A stretch of 63,691 nt of DNA, the filler included, from Reclinomonas americana ATCC 50394 (taxonomy: Eukaryota): NCBI GenBank assembly GCA_048213135.1. It is 20 parts of 20 records of this genome, joined end to end, with 100 filler letters (N's around TTAATTAATTAA, not from the genome) between each part and the next. Parts side by side here need not be neighbours in the genome. Positions count along the whole stretch, not along the records: positions 21,992 to 25,101 come from AFZH01024068.1; positions 25,202 to 29,463 come from AFZH01024069.1; positions 29,564 to 31,675 come from AFZH01024070.1; positions 31,776 to 34,271 come from AFZH01024071.1; positions 34,372 to 37,434 come from AFZH01024072.1; 15 more parts are not named here. The stretch is one strand, 5' to 3'. The position numbers and the translations under genes were made by a program. The notes beneath the pieces are model-generated. The model was not told where the DNA came from. It did not search any database and was given only the letters and a program-made list of their open reading frames with translations. Shown here piece after piece: positions 22,100 through 34,700 of the stretch (its first letter is position 1; each line of letters opens with the position of its first letter).

Positions 22100-25000
22100 G
22101 GATGTCGATGGACACCGACGCAGCCGTGACCGACGCGTTGTCTGTATCGCCTGGGGGCGCCGAAGAGCAGCTTCCACCACAGCCGCAAGCTGGTGGGGAT
22201 GGTACGAGTGCCAGTGTGCATGTGACACTTGCAGTGGTGTTCCTCTTCTAACCTGCAGCTGGCGACGAAGCAGTGCCCGTGGACGATGACGGTGAACAGT
22301 CTTTGCAAGCTCAACTCAAGTCCTTGCAAGAGCGCATGCAGCAAGTGGAGCGTCTAGCGGAACAGCGCCTCCTTGAGATCGAGCAAGCGGAAGCGCGCCA
22401 GCGTGAAGAGTTCGAGCGCCGGCGTGCAGCAGAGGAGCGCCAGCGTGAAGAGTTCGAGCGCCGGCGTGCAGCAGAAGAGCGCCTGCATGCAACTGAAGAG
22501 CGCCTTCAGCGAGGGATTGGGACAGTTCATGGAACGCAAGGCATCGTTGCGCAAGGTCTGTTCGAGTCCTCTGCTGATGCAGGCCACCACAGTTCTGTAA
22601 TGTGTCTTTCTGTTTGCTTTTCGCTCTACAGTGTCCCGTTCTGTCGATGTGAATGTCGTCCAAGACGGTGACATTGTCATCGATCCGGCTGCACTCTCTC
22701 TCGAAACAGTGGAGTGGGCCGACGAGAAGCACTATCAGTGCTGGCGCCCACTCACGCGGCGGGCACAATCGATACAACAGCGACTTCGCGAGGTCACCCT
22801 GAATGCCGACGTGGCCCTCCGTGCATGCGAGCCCCCGGACAAGTCCGGCGGCGATCGTGACGCCGCAGCTGTCACCGTTTTCAAGAGTTTTGTGCTTCAC
22901 TCTTGATGCTGTCGGTGGCGATTGCTTGTGTCTCACCATTATCATCTGATCACCACGCAGATTGGCTCTCTGGCATACTACCAAGGGCCTGGAAGACGCT
23001 GGCGTCTTGTGCCAAATTAGTCGCACCGGCAGTACTCCCTCAGGACTGGGCTCCACCACTGCCTGCTTACCTCAGCACCGGTCCCAGGTGGCGCAGGCTC
23101 GTTGTTGCCAGTCAAGGAGATGCTACATGCAGGTATGAGTACGCATATTGCATACGTGTAGCGGTACCGGTGCCAGTGGCATGTCGCAGTGTTGTGAGCA
23201 CACCGTATAGTGAGAGAAGGCATGTACTCGGACGCGATGGCTCACTCGTTGGTATTCCCGTTTTGTCTCCCCCAGGTTCATCAACCGCATGGACAGTGCA
23301 TTAACACGGTACTGGAATTTCGCAGCCAACTGGGAGTATTATTTTCCACCGCCTCGTGGAGGTATGCACAAAAACTGCAAGTGGATGAGCGTGTAGTGTT
23401 ATTCTCATTCGCATTGTGTGTGTTGCAGCTGGTGATGACTGCATCCCGTACTCGGAGCAGACTGTTGTTGTCCACATGGCCTCCAAGTTGCTCGCCACAT
23501 TTACTGAGCACGGCATGATCGCCGCGTTCGAGAACACCAATGGTGCAACACGTCAAGATTGCAACTTGAAGTTTCGAGTCGATGACCCCGACCTGTCTCG
23601 AGTGGTGGCATGCATCGTCAAAGTGGAGGTCGGTCCGCCACCTGCACGTGTGTCGCTCGATTAGTTGCGTGTACATGGCTTCTCTTTGTCTCGCTAAAGC
23701 TCTTCGTGGCCACTCACTGCTTTGCCACGCAACAGCGCCACTCGCCTCCGCGACGCTGCCGAGTTGGGCGAAGAAGATGTATCTGCCGGCATCCGGGCGG
23801 TATTCGGTGGCGATGCGCAGCACAAGGACTTTGTCAAGGTCGTGCGGAACGCAACACAGACCACGCGCAGTTTGCTGCGTCTTGTTGACAGGACCAGGTG
23901 GTGTGAAGTGCGCACGTATGCGATGCTGCTGTCGGGCACCAGCATCTCAGTGCTGGCATTTTACTGGAGCGACGAGCGTGACAAGTTGCTGGTATCACTT
24001 GTCGGTACTTGGCTGCCGACTCTTGGTTAGTACCGGTGGATGGGGTGGTTTCTTTCTACCAAGTGGAGTGACCGATGCGTTTATTTTGCAGACATGTCAA
24101 TCAAGCCGCTCCTCCGAGTGCTCACTCGGATGCATCTCGGCATGCAGCAGACGCTTCAGGCGAAGCATCAACCGTTGCGACCATCTGCGGAGATCAAAAG
24201 CCGTGAACTCGTCAGCTGTGACGACGATCACCACATGGTCAACTCGAACGGCAACGACCGCCAGCCAGCTACGCCTGCCGAGCCCAGTTCACTTCGCAAC
24301 TCGAAGAGTGGGCCTGGATCTCGAGATCATCCGTTCGGATTGCACGACGGGAGGCACACGGACGATGCTTCCGGACCCAGTGGAGATAGTGGCCCCAGTA
24401 GAAGTGGCGGTTCCGAATTAGGCGGAGATGACGGCGGCGGAGACGATCATGAGGAAGACGTCGACGGCGATGAAGGGTCGACATTGGGAAGTGAATCTGG
24501 TTACGACGGTGGTGCCAGTGACGCTGAACTCCCGGTGCTTGTGAGGTTGCATGAAACAGCGACCTGCACCGTTCTGCTTCACTACGGTATGTCGAACCGT
24601 CACTCTGTTCGTGAGTTCTGCCTTTGGCATCGTCGTCAACTAACATAATTTCGACTTGCCCAGAAAAGGGCATTGTCGTCAAGTGGCTGAAACATCGACC
24701 ATTCAACACGACGGATGACGGACAAGTACCCGAAGTACAAATACTGAATGTGCTCCGCTCGGGTGCAGTGGCGACGTTGCCGTCCGTGCTGGCGCACGGC
24801 TCGCCGAATGCTGAGATTATTGCGGACTGGGCTGGATTTGCCATGCCGTACTATGGCAGAGACTGGCCAGAATCGCTTGACGAGGCGGGAATGCTGGCAC
24901 GACAGCTTCTTGAGGCACTTACACATGCTGTTTCCCACGGTTACGTGCACTGCGATGTCAAGCACGACAATGTGTGCTTCTCACGTGCCAGCATGTCGGC

Positions 25001-25101
25001 GGTGCTGATCGATTGGGGCCTGGCACGTTACGTACCTGACGACTATCCAGTTTACTCGGCTGTTGTAGGCACCGACGGCTACTGGGTGCGTATGCGTTTG
25101 A
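22100..25101 (+). CDS. Multi-exon eukaryotic protein: coiled coil, putative restriction-endonuclease-fold domain and protein kinase (Crinkler/CR-effector-like); partial
   Basis: Coiled coil with a 42-bp duplication (RQREEFERRRAAEE x2, at 22396 and 22438). Middle region RQDCNLKF...CIVKVEVG...HKDFVKVV...YAMLLSGTSISV. Kinase motifs VVKW, PEVQILNVL, HGYVHCDVKHDN and VLIDWGLA. Introns at 23664-23735 and ~24587-24663 restore the frame. Confidence 0.6.
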
Positions 25102-25247
25102 NNNNNNNNNNNNNNNNNNNNNNNNNNNNNNNNNNNNNNNNNNNNTTAATTAATTAANNNNNNNNNNNNNNNNNNNNNNNNNNNNNNNNNNNNNNNNNNN
25201 NTGCAGTTCTTGCACTGTGAAGTCGCCTAATTGGTGCGCCCACGCAG

Positions 25248-25364
25248 GTGGTTCTCGAGCTGTGCGATATGCTTGGCTGGAAGGAGGAGCTGGTGGAGCT
25301 TCGCAGGCGAGGCGTGGAGCAACTTGCTGCAGCACACGCAGCCGGCGGCAGTTCGGCGCCATGA
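25248..25364 (+). CDS. Last exon of a SIRT2/Hst2-class sirtuin
   Basis: After the ...CTAAT...CAG acceptor it reads VVLELCDMLGWKEELVELRRRGVEQL..., matching the class I sirtuin C-terminal LGWxxEL helix. Confidence 0.55.
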   Translation: MVLELCDMLGWKEELVELRRRGVEQLAAAHAAGGSSAP

Positions 25365-25439
25365 GACACGTCAAAAAGTCCTTCCCCCTATGAGTGTACA
25401 CTTCTTCGTTTTGGTTTTGCGAGTGTGAGCACGAATGAC

Positions 25440-26768
25440 ATGCGTGTCCCCTCGGCGTCGCCTCCCGGTGCACTGTCCGTGTGGCTGCGTGCCATCACGA
25501 TCGTCATGTTGCTGCTGAGTGCCACGCTGTTGCATTTCTACTTGCGGCCATCGACGATGTCTGCGATCGACGAGCACTCTCTCTTTGCGGCCTCGCTGCT
25601 GCCAAAGCACACACTCCCGCTTCTGAGTGCCACTCATCGCCAGTGCCGTCTGGTGGTGCAACGCGATGTGGACGACACTGATCATCCTCCTCGTGTGTGG
25701 CCTCACGCGCAGACGGTGCCTGCTGCCTGTCGACTGTGGCGTTTGGTGGAGGAGGGCAGTGCTGCAGCGCGCAGCTGGGACGGACAGCCGGTGTGGACAC
25801 GAGAGGTGCCACTGGTGACCATGTTCACGAGTGTAGAGTATGCGGAGAAGAGTGCGGCACCGGCGGCGTGGCGCAACTGGTTGTCGTACTGTCACCATCA
25901 TCAGTGCGAGGTGTACGCGTGGGTGCCGGAGGGCGTGTGGACTGGCGCCGGTGGTGTGACGCGCCTGTTCTTTGAAAAGGCGGTGGCGGTGGCGCACGTG
26001 CTCAACTTGCGCGCACACGATCGAGTGCTGTGGGTCGACAGCGACCTGTGGTTCGCCTCGCCGGCTGTGGCCTGTGCGACGCCGTTGTCGCGCTTCTTCG
26101 AGGCGAAGTCCAGTGCGTCGGTGGTGTTTCAGGCCGGGCGCTACATCAACGCGGGCGTGCTGGGCTTCCGACGGGCGCCATTTGCGGAGAGATTTCTAAT
26201 CGAGTGGCACAATGAGATCGTCGCACGGCCGGATGCGTGGCAAGGGCGCGAGTCGGATCAGGTGGCCTTCAACCACCACGTGGTGAGCATTTGTGAGACG
26301 ATACTCTTGGGAGTGCAGATGCGTGACACTTGCCATGTAGTTGCAGGAGCTGAGGTCCACGCCACTCGGCAAGCAATACCTCTACCACGACGTATGCAAC
26401 GGCTGCAACGAGGTACAGTGGTGTCGGTTGCTACCTCGCGGCCCGTGAATCACAGTTGTGCGATGCAGGCACAACCCGATTGCGACAAGTGCTTCCCGCA
26501 AGTCATGGAGGAGCGCCGACTGCCTGGCCACTCGAACATGTGCGGCCACCCGCAAGAGGCCGAACTGTGGGGTCCCAACTTGTGGTGCCAACCGTGGCCA
26601 TCGTCGAACGACGATACTGTCGTCGCTCTGCAGTACTTTAACGATTCAGGGCGCAATGCGGAGCACGCCTCGCGTGCACTCATCCACCACCCGTTCTCCT
26701 CGTACTTTCGAGAGCGAGGGTGGCGCGAGGCCATCGACCTGAACTGCCAGCTGCCACTACCTCCATGA
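25440..26768 (+). CDS. Type II membrane glycosyltransferase, GT34 (MNN10/GMA12)-like
   Basis: N-terminal TM anchor. NWLSYCHHH, FEKAVAV, VLWVDSD (DxD), YINAGVLGFRR...FLIEW and ESDQVAF. Confidence 0.75.
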   Translation: MRVPSASPPGALSVWLRAITIVMLLLSATLLHFYLRPSTMSAIDEHSLFAASLLPKHTLPLLSATHRQCRLVVQRDVDDTDHPPRVWPHAQTVPAACRLWRLVEEGSAAARSWDGQPVWTREVPLVTMFTSVEYAEKSAAPAAWRNWLSYCHHHQCEVYAWVPEGVWTGAGGVTRLFFEKAVAVAHVLNLRAHDRVLWVDSDLWFASPAVACATPLSRFFEAKSSASVVFQAGRYINAGVLGFRRAPFAERFLIEWHNEIVARPDAWQGRESDQVAFNHHVVSICETILLGVQMRDTCHVVAGAEVHATRQAIPLPRRMQRLQRGTVVSVATSRPVNHSCAMQAQPDCDKCFPQVMEERRLPGHSNMCGHPQEAELWGPNLWCQPWPSSNDDTVVALQYFNDSGRNAEHASRALIHHPFSSYFRERGWREAIDLNCQLPLPP

Positions 26769-26805
26769 ACAATTAAACAAGAGATAACAATGCTGTACAA
26801 TGCGC

Positions 26806-27416
26806 TCATTCCTCGCCCGAGTATCTGGACGGGAAGCAGTCCTTGCTGCAAGCGGCTTGGAGTGAGGGGAGGCGATAGGAGAGGAGTGATCTGCGCACAG
26901 AACGCAACATTTGCTCGCCGACCTTGTGCAACTGAGAGACGACGCTGCGATCGATCTCTCGCTCCTTCTCCTGGAAGGCGGCGAACAGCTTCTCAAACTG
27001 ATCCGGTCCAAAGTCCTCAAACGACTCGTCCTCTGCGCGATGTGACACACCGCTGCGACCACGCGCATCGGGTGCAGTAGCCCTGTGCTTGTGTGAATGA
27101 GCACACACACACACACACTCATTCCGTCTCTCTCTCTCCTCCCCCCTCCGCAACTTGTTCTGAATGGTGATGTACTTGGCGGTTAGCAGCACCTGCTTCC
27201 TTCTGATCTCTTCGATCTTGTTCATGGTTTGCGTCTCTGCGTTGCCGCGACTGCCACCTGCAACAGCACGCCACGTGGTCAACATAATGTGTCACAATAT
27301 ACACACACTGTCTCTCTCTCTCTCGTCGCACCAAAGGCCTTCATCTTGCCGTCCTCAAAGCGCTTGCGAATCGTGTTGAGCTTCTTCTCCACCGATGCGG
27401 CCTCGTTCTCCGCCAT
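26806..27416 (-). CDS. Small multi-exon coiled-coil protein, CCDC28 (DUF4061)-like
   Basis: MAENEAASVEKKLNTIRKRFEDGKMKAF(G) and TMNKIEEIRRKQVLLTAKYITI resemble the CCDC28 core FHSGKLQAFG...MEHVRxMQEKLARL as recalled. 3' end approximate. Confidence 0.5.
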
Positions 27417-27537
27417 GATCAAGAAAAAATGACTGAGCGGGACGATTGATTGCGCACACTTCACACCCTTCATGAACGTCGAGTGTCTCTCTGCTGCTGC
27501 TATTTTTTTGGCTGTTTCGGCTCTGCTTTTCTCCTGA

Positions 27538-28285
27538 TTACACAATTGCTTGCAACACGGCCTGCGTCACTTCTGCCGTTCGCGAGCGCACATTGATCTC
27601 CATGCTGACTTCGCCTGGAGAGTGAGGAGAGACCGAGGAAGTGAGTCGCGTGTCTTTTGTTTCTCCCCAGCGCACCACCGCACTCACCAGTTTGGTCGTA
27701 GAAAATGTGCGCGTGCACCAGAGCCAGTGAAGCGTTGAGGTAGCGGCCGGCCAGCAGCAGGATGTGCGTTCGGGCGTCACGCGGCACGGTACCCGAGTTC
27801 TCCTGCGGTCGCATGCCCAGAATGTCGCTGACCGCCTTGACTGCCTCGTCCACTGTCTTCATGGAGGACAGAGTGAGGGTCTCCGTGGCCGAGTGCTCAC
27901 TCATCTCCTCCCACACGGTCTCAAAGTTGGAGATCGAGCAGCCGACCACAAAGTCGGCAAACGACAAGTCCACCTCGTCAATCTGCCACTCGATTCCGTG
28001 AGGACAACGCAAGCGCGCGAACAAAAGAGAGAGAGACGCCCACGTGCTCACCGGGTACTCGTCATCGTAGCCGTCCTCCTCGACGTCTCCGCTCGAATCG
28101 ACCTCCTTCATCACGTACTTGAGCGCGTTGGAGAAGCGTCCGGTCGGCAGCTGCGACATGTCGGTAATGCGGAAGCACACAAACGACGGCAATGAGGTGT
28201 CGCTGTACGCCAGCGCTGGGATGGGCACCGCAAACATCTGCCGAGCCAAACACCGCAAACGTCAGCAACGTGTTATAGAGGAGAG

Positions 28286-28320
<35 letters not shown>

Positions 28321-29372
28321 CGCACCTTGGCCAATCCATCCACCTCGGCCTCCTCCATTACCACCTCGACATTGTCGAGCCGTATTGTGTCGACTGTGTT
28401 GCGGCAGTTGAACTGGAAGACCACGTGCTCGCGGAAGAGGTGCTTCACCACCGTGACCACGTACTCGGTCTCGTCGGGTGTCAGCGCTGCAGGCTCGGTC
28501 GACAACACTGGCGGACCGAGTGCCCTGAGTTCCGGAACAGCCGCCAACACCTCCAGGTACGGATTGACCGTCGGCACGCCACTTGCCGCAGCTCCCGCAG
28601 GTGCGTTCTTGCCAGCACCGCCAGCGGCGCCGGAGGCCAGGGCAGCCACGCCACCAGCAACACTTGCCGGTGCCGCCGACGGCTCTGCTCCAATACCTGA
28701 GCTCTCGGCCATGGCCGCTGCAACGAGGCGAGAGGTGAGTGTCAAATCGTGCATTTTGTTTTGCAAATGCGCTGTCGCGCTCGACTCACTGTACACGGCT
28801 TGATTGGCTTGGATGGCGTCCATGTCGAATGGTTGGCCACGAGTCGCCTGCTCGCGCAGACCGATCTCAAAGGCGCCGAGCGGCACCGGGAACGCATCAA
28901 TCAGGTACTGCTTGATGGTGGCCTCGTCTTGTGACAGGAAGTACACCGAGTAGTTGGCCCGATCGCGCACTTCGTCGTCAGAGTCGTACAGACATCTAAA
29001 GGACCGTGCAGCGAGTTAGCAACAACGGGGGAAAATGTGACGGAACAAAGACAAGAAAACACGCACTTTCTCAGCAACGAGACAATCGACTTTCGCAAAT
29101 CGCGACATGCGGCTGCCACACGAGCGAGCGCCGACACGGCAGCAGCACGCACGCTGGGTGTCTCCAGAATCACACTACACGTCGGTAAACACGTAGGGTG
29201 AGTTCATAGCACGCACAAGGAATGGTGAGAAGTGGCGCACCGATTGTACAGGAACCGAATGCAACGGGCAGGATTGGAGATGGTCGGAATCTCCCGTCCC
29301 AGCAAGTGCAACACGCGCTGGCACAGGACCGGGAACTCGCAGTCTTCGATGAACTCGCACAGGTGGGAAATT
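27538..29372 (-). CDS. COPG: Coatomer subunit gamma, C-terminal exons; 5' truncated
   Basis: HLCEFIEDCEF, LHLLGREIP...CIRFLYNR, VILETPSVRAAAVSALA, CLYDSDDEVRDRA, ETEYVVTVVKH, VFQFNCRNT, GYDDEY and HILLLAG. Confidence 0.93.
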
Positions 29373-29563
29373 GCTGCGCACGCACACACACGCACAAGAG
29401 ACAAGCGAGAGAGTCTCATCAGTCACCGACTCTTTTTAACTTCCCAGGAACACAAACACTTACNNNNNNNNNNNNNNNNNNNNNNNNNNNNNNNNNNNNN
29501 NNNNNNNTTAATTAATTAANNNNNNNNNNNNNNNNNNNNNNNNNNNNNNNNNNNNNNNNNNNN

Positions 29564-30151
29564 TGTGTGACGGTGCAGGCCATTCGTGTATTCCCCACCG
29601 ACAGCGCCATTCGACTCATGCACTTGCTGGCGTTTGAGCAGACGTTCCTGGCAGTGGAAGTTGCGCTCGCCCGTCGAGATGGTGTCACTCTTTCCCTCTC
29701 CTCACTCAACTCGCCTGCTGGCACACAGCGAATGCAAGTGAATCCGACACGCTGGCCATCGGTGTACAAGAACCTGGCCATTGGCTACGACTTGCTCTTT
29801 GACGCATACATTGCAGGCGCCGCCACCCGTCTCGCCGCCAGTCCCATGCTGCTGCGGAATACGGCCGACTGGGAGGAGCGGCTGCGTCGCGACCACGACA
29901 CACTCGCCGCCGAGCGCCTGCGCTACCTCAAATTGTATGTGAGCACCGCCGACGACGATGACGCGCAGCGCGGTCCCGCCGTCATGCTGGTGAAGCACCT
30001 CGAGAAGCAGGCGCTGGAGAAGCAGGCGGCGGTGGAGCCGGAGGGCGCTGCAGCGGCGAGTGGGCCAGCAGCACCGCCAGTTCCCGAGGTCAATCTGATC
30101 ACGCTGCATGGTGTGGAGAGGATTGTCGAGCCGGTGAGAGTGCAACAATGA
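29564..30151 (+). CDS. C-terminal part of a eukaryotic protein, possibly TMEM260-like
   Basis: WPSVYKNLAIGY...LRYLKLYVSTADDDDAQ...VKHLEKQ resembles the TMEM260 C-terminal helical region as recalled (HKNYAIA...FRLY...DPQ...KHLRKE). Confidence 0.4.
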   Translation, partial: CVTVQAIRVFPTDSAIRLMHLLAFEQTFLAVEVALARRDGVTLSLSSLNSPAGTQRMQVNPTRWPSVYKNLAIGYDLLFDAYIAGAATRLAASPMLLRNTADWEERLRRDHDTLAAERLRYLKLYVSTADDDDAQRGPAVMLVKHLEKQALEKQAAVEPEGAAAASGPAAPPVPEVNLITLHGVERIVEPVRVQQ

Positions 30152-30537
30152 AACAACAAATACTACCCAATACCGGCGAGGGCATCGAGTTCTCGGCAGG
30201 GGCTTTTTTTCTTGGTCCAGCAGCAAGTTTCTGGACTGGCATATAATTTTGCCACCCTTGGCTGGGCTGAAAGTATGCTTTCGATGTACTGCTCTCGCCC
30301 TCAGGGGCACATGCGAGTCCGAATGCATTTCGTTTTGCAATTGCATTTTACCAGTTCCGAGGCCCTTGGTCGTATATGAGTTGCAAAAGCGCTATGTAAA
30401 CTCTTCCCTATACTTTATACTCAATCGTCATACAAAAGTCACCACTGCACCTCGGAAAAGGGCCGTTTCCGTAATGACCGATTCCACCCACCCACCCAAC
30501 GGACGAACTCGTCAATACACGATTAGATCGGTCGCAC

Positions 30538-31675
30538 ATGAGCGACGAGGACGACCGCCAAACACCAGCGTCGCGGCGCTCACCTCCTCCTCCTCCCCCT
30601 CCTCCATTAGTCCCCACTCCATCCTCCACACCAGGAGCAGGAGAGAGAGGAGCAGGAGGAGGAGGTGAAAGAACAGCACACTTTGCGGCTCCCGACCCCA
30701 TTGTGCCCTCGATACCCAGCCGTCGCAAACCACCCGTTGCACCCTCCTCCACAACACCAACAACAGCGACAACAGCAGCAGCACATGCGCATCCTCACCA
30801 CCACCGCGCCGCCTCTCCATTGCTCTCTGTGGAACCCTCGCTGACCACTCTGCCCATGGTACCGCCACGCCCATCATCATCATCCTCGTCACAACACGAG
30901 GCCGTGCAGGAGCGCCGCCGCATGCGTCGCGAGCAGGAGCGCGTGGCCACGCACGAGGCCGAGGTGCGCTCAGAGGCCGCTGCGTGGCTCAAGTCGCTGC
31001 CCTCGTCGCCGCTGTCGTCGACGCAGACCGGGGTGAGTCCTGCGGGTATGCGACTGGCACTGGTGGCGCCGAGTCCTCCACCAGCCGTCTTTCGTCTGCC
31101 CACGAAGCGCGGTGGCGGGGAGCAGCAGCTGCTGCGGCAGCAGGAGGAAGGGGGTGATGATGACTATGATGTGCGCGTGTCGCGGTCGGTGGTGGCCTCG
31201 TTCAAGGAGCTGCAGGGACCGACGGTGACGGTGAACAGCATGTATGGGAGAGCGTTGCCGAGGAAGCTGGTGCCGCGTACACTACCGCCGCTGCCGCTTC
31301 CACCAACGCGACCGTCGGTGGCTCGATTGCAACCGATGCCACTCGATCCTTATGGTATGACAATGCATCGAGAGACAAGTGCGTGTCCACCACTCATCGT
31401 CATCGTCATCGTTTTCTGTGTGCAGACCCCGCCGCGGCCGCCACCGCCACTGCCGATGTAGAGGAGGACGATGTCGATGCAATGGACGACGCGCAGTCGC
31501 CATCGAATCAACGAGTGACGTCGCTGCAGTGGGCCTCGCCGTCGTCGTCTTCGCACCGCTCTGGCGTGCAGCAAATGTCGGCGCCGTCGCTGCCGCCTTC
31601 GATTGTGCTGTCGCGCACTCGGACGCCGGTGCGCCGTGTGCAAGAAGTCAACATGCCGTTCGAGAGTCTGGAGGA
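30538..31675 (+). CDS. Pro/Ser-rich hypothetical eukaryotic protein; partial
   Basis: ORF from MSDEDDRQ with a short coiled coil. Probable intron ~31354-31425. No family recognised. Confidence 0.5.
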
Positions 31676-31775
31676 NNNNNNNNNNNNNNNNNNNNNNNNN
31701 NNNNNNNNNNNNNNNNNNNTTAATTAATTAANNNNNNNNNNNNNNNNNNNNNNNNNNNNNNNNNNNNNNNNNNNN

Positions 31776-34700
31776 CGCCACGTTGGCTCTGGGACGATAC
31801 GACGTGTCGGAGGTGGATGGCCTCTCGCACGGCGTGGACGATTCGTTTGGCTTGCTTCGCGCGTTGGTCTCCAGCGGCAATGTGCTGCACGTGGGCTACA
31901 AGGGCGACTACACGGGCGGTGTTCATTTGGCCGACAGCGCGCTGGTGGTCGACGGGCACAAATCGGTGGGCATCGGCACCATGACGCCCGAATCGAAGTT
32001 ACACGTCGACGGCTCCGTTCGTGTGCCAAAGGGATTGCCGACGACATCGGCCTCCAACAGCGCCGGTTATGGATTCATCGGCGATGGGTGGACGGGCATG
32101 TTTGCCAGTTGCGTCACCGTTTCTCTGTCTCTTCGCCGATCAGGACGCCGACTAACACGCGTTGTGCAGCTGATTCGACGGACCTCACATTGACACAGCT
32201 ATTTCTGACGGCCGGCGGCGTGCAACGGCTTGTTCTTCTCAATGATGCATCGCGACCGGTGGTGGTTCTCGGCGACGTGGACATTACCGGTAGCGCAATT
32301 CATCTGGCCACCTCGCCGGACCTGTCGCCAAATGGCGACAACACCGTGATGTCGATCGACAACACCGGGGCCGTGGTCATTAATCCGTTGCGTTGCTTTC
32401 GTGTTCAATGCTCCCTCTATCCACTGACACGTGCGCCGACTGCAGCTCCGACTCGTTCGACGGCGGCATCCGTTTCGGCACCGATCGCATTGTTGTGCCC
32501 GGCGGTACCTCGCGATTTGTCGGCATTGGAGAGGTCAATCCGGCCGCCTCACTGCACATCAGTGGCGGCACGCGCACCACCAAGGGCAAGCCTATAAGTA
32601 ACGTGAGCGATTTCGGCTACGCCTTCGATGCCGACGGCGACACGGGTCTCTTTGCCGTCGGAGGTGCGTGTCTCTCTCCCGTTGTATGTGCCATGTACCT
32701 TTCCTGGTCGTTTCGCATTGACGATTCCACGCAGGCGGCACAAGTAGCGGAAGCGAGCTCCATCTCATGGTCGACGGCTTCTCTCGTCTCGTGATCCCCA
32801 GCGACCCCAATCTGCCCATGTCGATTGCCGGCGATACGCAGCTGATTGGATCGACGGTCCGTCTCGGCTCCAACATGCTAGTGGCCATGGAGGAACGCTC
32901 CGACACGCGCCTGAGTGTGAATCCACGTAACGAGTTTGTCGGTGGCACGGTGTTTGGCGCCGATCAGGCGTTCTTGGACGGCCCCACTGGCCACTTTGGC
33001 GTCGGCAATCTTGGTTTGGTGGCACTCGGCACGATCCAGTCGGCGGGCGGTGTGCGCGTGGCCAAGGGCCTGGCCACCACCGACACAGATGATGTGGGTC
33101 TCAGCTTTGGCGCCGATGGCAACACGGGCTTTTATGCCATTGGCGGTTTGTGATCGAGTAGCGGTGCTCTGTTTGCGCGCACTTTCACAATACATACTGA
33201 CCTACTATGTCATGTGCACAGGGACGACGTCGAGCGGCAGTACATTGCATCTGCGCGTCGACGGCAACTCACGCATTACCATTCCGCCATTGTCCACCTC
33301 GCCAGTGACCGTGATTGGCGATGCGCTGGTCAGCAACACCAAAGTGTTTCTTGGCTCTGCCGCTCAGTTGGCGCTCGAGGACGTGGCGGGTGTGCAGCAC
33401 ACGCTTGTGGTGAACAGTGGTGACTCGTTTGCCGGTGGTGTGATCCTCGGCAATCAGCGCGTCTCCGTCATACCATCCGGCGGTCTCACACGCATGGGCG
33501 TCGGGCGGTCCGTCTCCGCAGCCCCCGCTGGTACCCTGCAATCTGAAGGTGGCATTCGTGCGAGCAAGGGCCTTCCACTCATGGACACTGACGACGTTGG
33601 CTACACGTTTGCGAGCGACGGCGAGACCGGCATGTTTGCCGTTGGAGGTGTGCGAGTGAGGAGGCCTTGTTATTGTTCGTGCATTCTGCTGTGGCGACTC
33701 ATCACAATCCGCAGGCGACAACTTTAGCTCCTCGTCGTTGCAGTTCGCCGTGGACGCAAACGTGCGTCTCAGTATTCCCCCACTGGCAACTTCACCTCTT
33801 CGCCTGTTTGGTGATGTGGCCATCACCGGCAGCACCATCACGCTGGGGCCATTGGACTCGGACGCTGTGACCTACTCGACCGTCAGTAACCGCCTTATTT
33901 TCAACCCGAACCTGGACTTCTCCGGTGGCTTCCAATTTGGCGACGTCATGATCCTGGAGACCGCCTTGAGTGACGGTTTCCTGGGAGTCGGTCGCGGACT
34001 GGCTCTCACCCCGGCGGCCACCATCCACTCTGCTGGTGGCGTGCGCGTGCGCAAGGGCGCTCCAACGTCAAACGAGGCAAACCTCGGCTACGCGTTCGAC
34101 CTCGATGGAGACACGGGCTTTTTCGCTGAAGGAGGTGCGTGCTAATGCACAATCCAATCTCCCACTGTGTGCCTGCCGCATGTAACCTCTTGAAAAATAG
34201 GGACGAGTTCGGACGGCAGCGATTTGGTTCTCCGCATCGACAACCAGGTCCGTCTCCGCATCCCCCCCACCNNNNNNNNNNNNNNNNNNNNNNNNNNNNN
34301 NNNNNNNNNNNNNNNTTAATTAATTAANNNNNNNNNNNNNNNNNNNNNNNNNNNNNNNNNNNNNNNNNNNNAACGCTCTCTTTCAACGGCAATCCCATGC
34401 TCAGTCAGTCGGGCACCAAAATCCTGCTGGGTTCCATGCAACCGCTCGCCACCTTCGACACGCTGCACTTGGCCGATACTGCCACCGGCATGGTGTGTTT
34501 GTTTTTCTCTCCTTTTTTTTTTCTGTTCTCCTTCGTTCTCTCATGTGCACACAGACGTTGACCAATGCCGGCGGCGCCGGCTGGTTCCTTGGCATCGGCA
34601 TTGCCTCGCCTGCAGCACAAGTACACAACACGGGCGGCTACCGAGCGGCCTCGGGTTCACCCACGGCTGGCAGCGTCTCCAACGTGGGCTACGCCTTTGA

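Noticed and set aside
5400..22100. Horizontal transfer of the bacterial operon, ntrY and RND genes into the protist genome
   Set aside because: Every bacterial/eukaryotic junction is a spacer, and the bacterial genes are truncated, intronless and bacterial in organisation.
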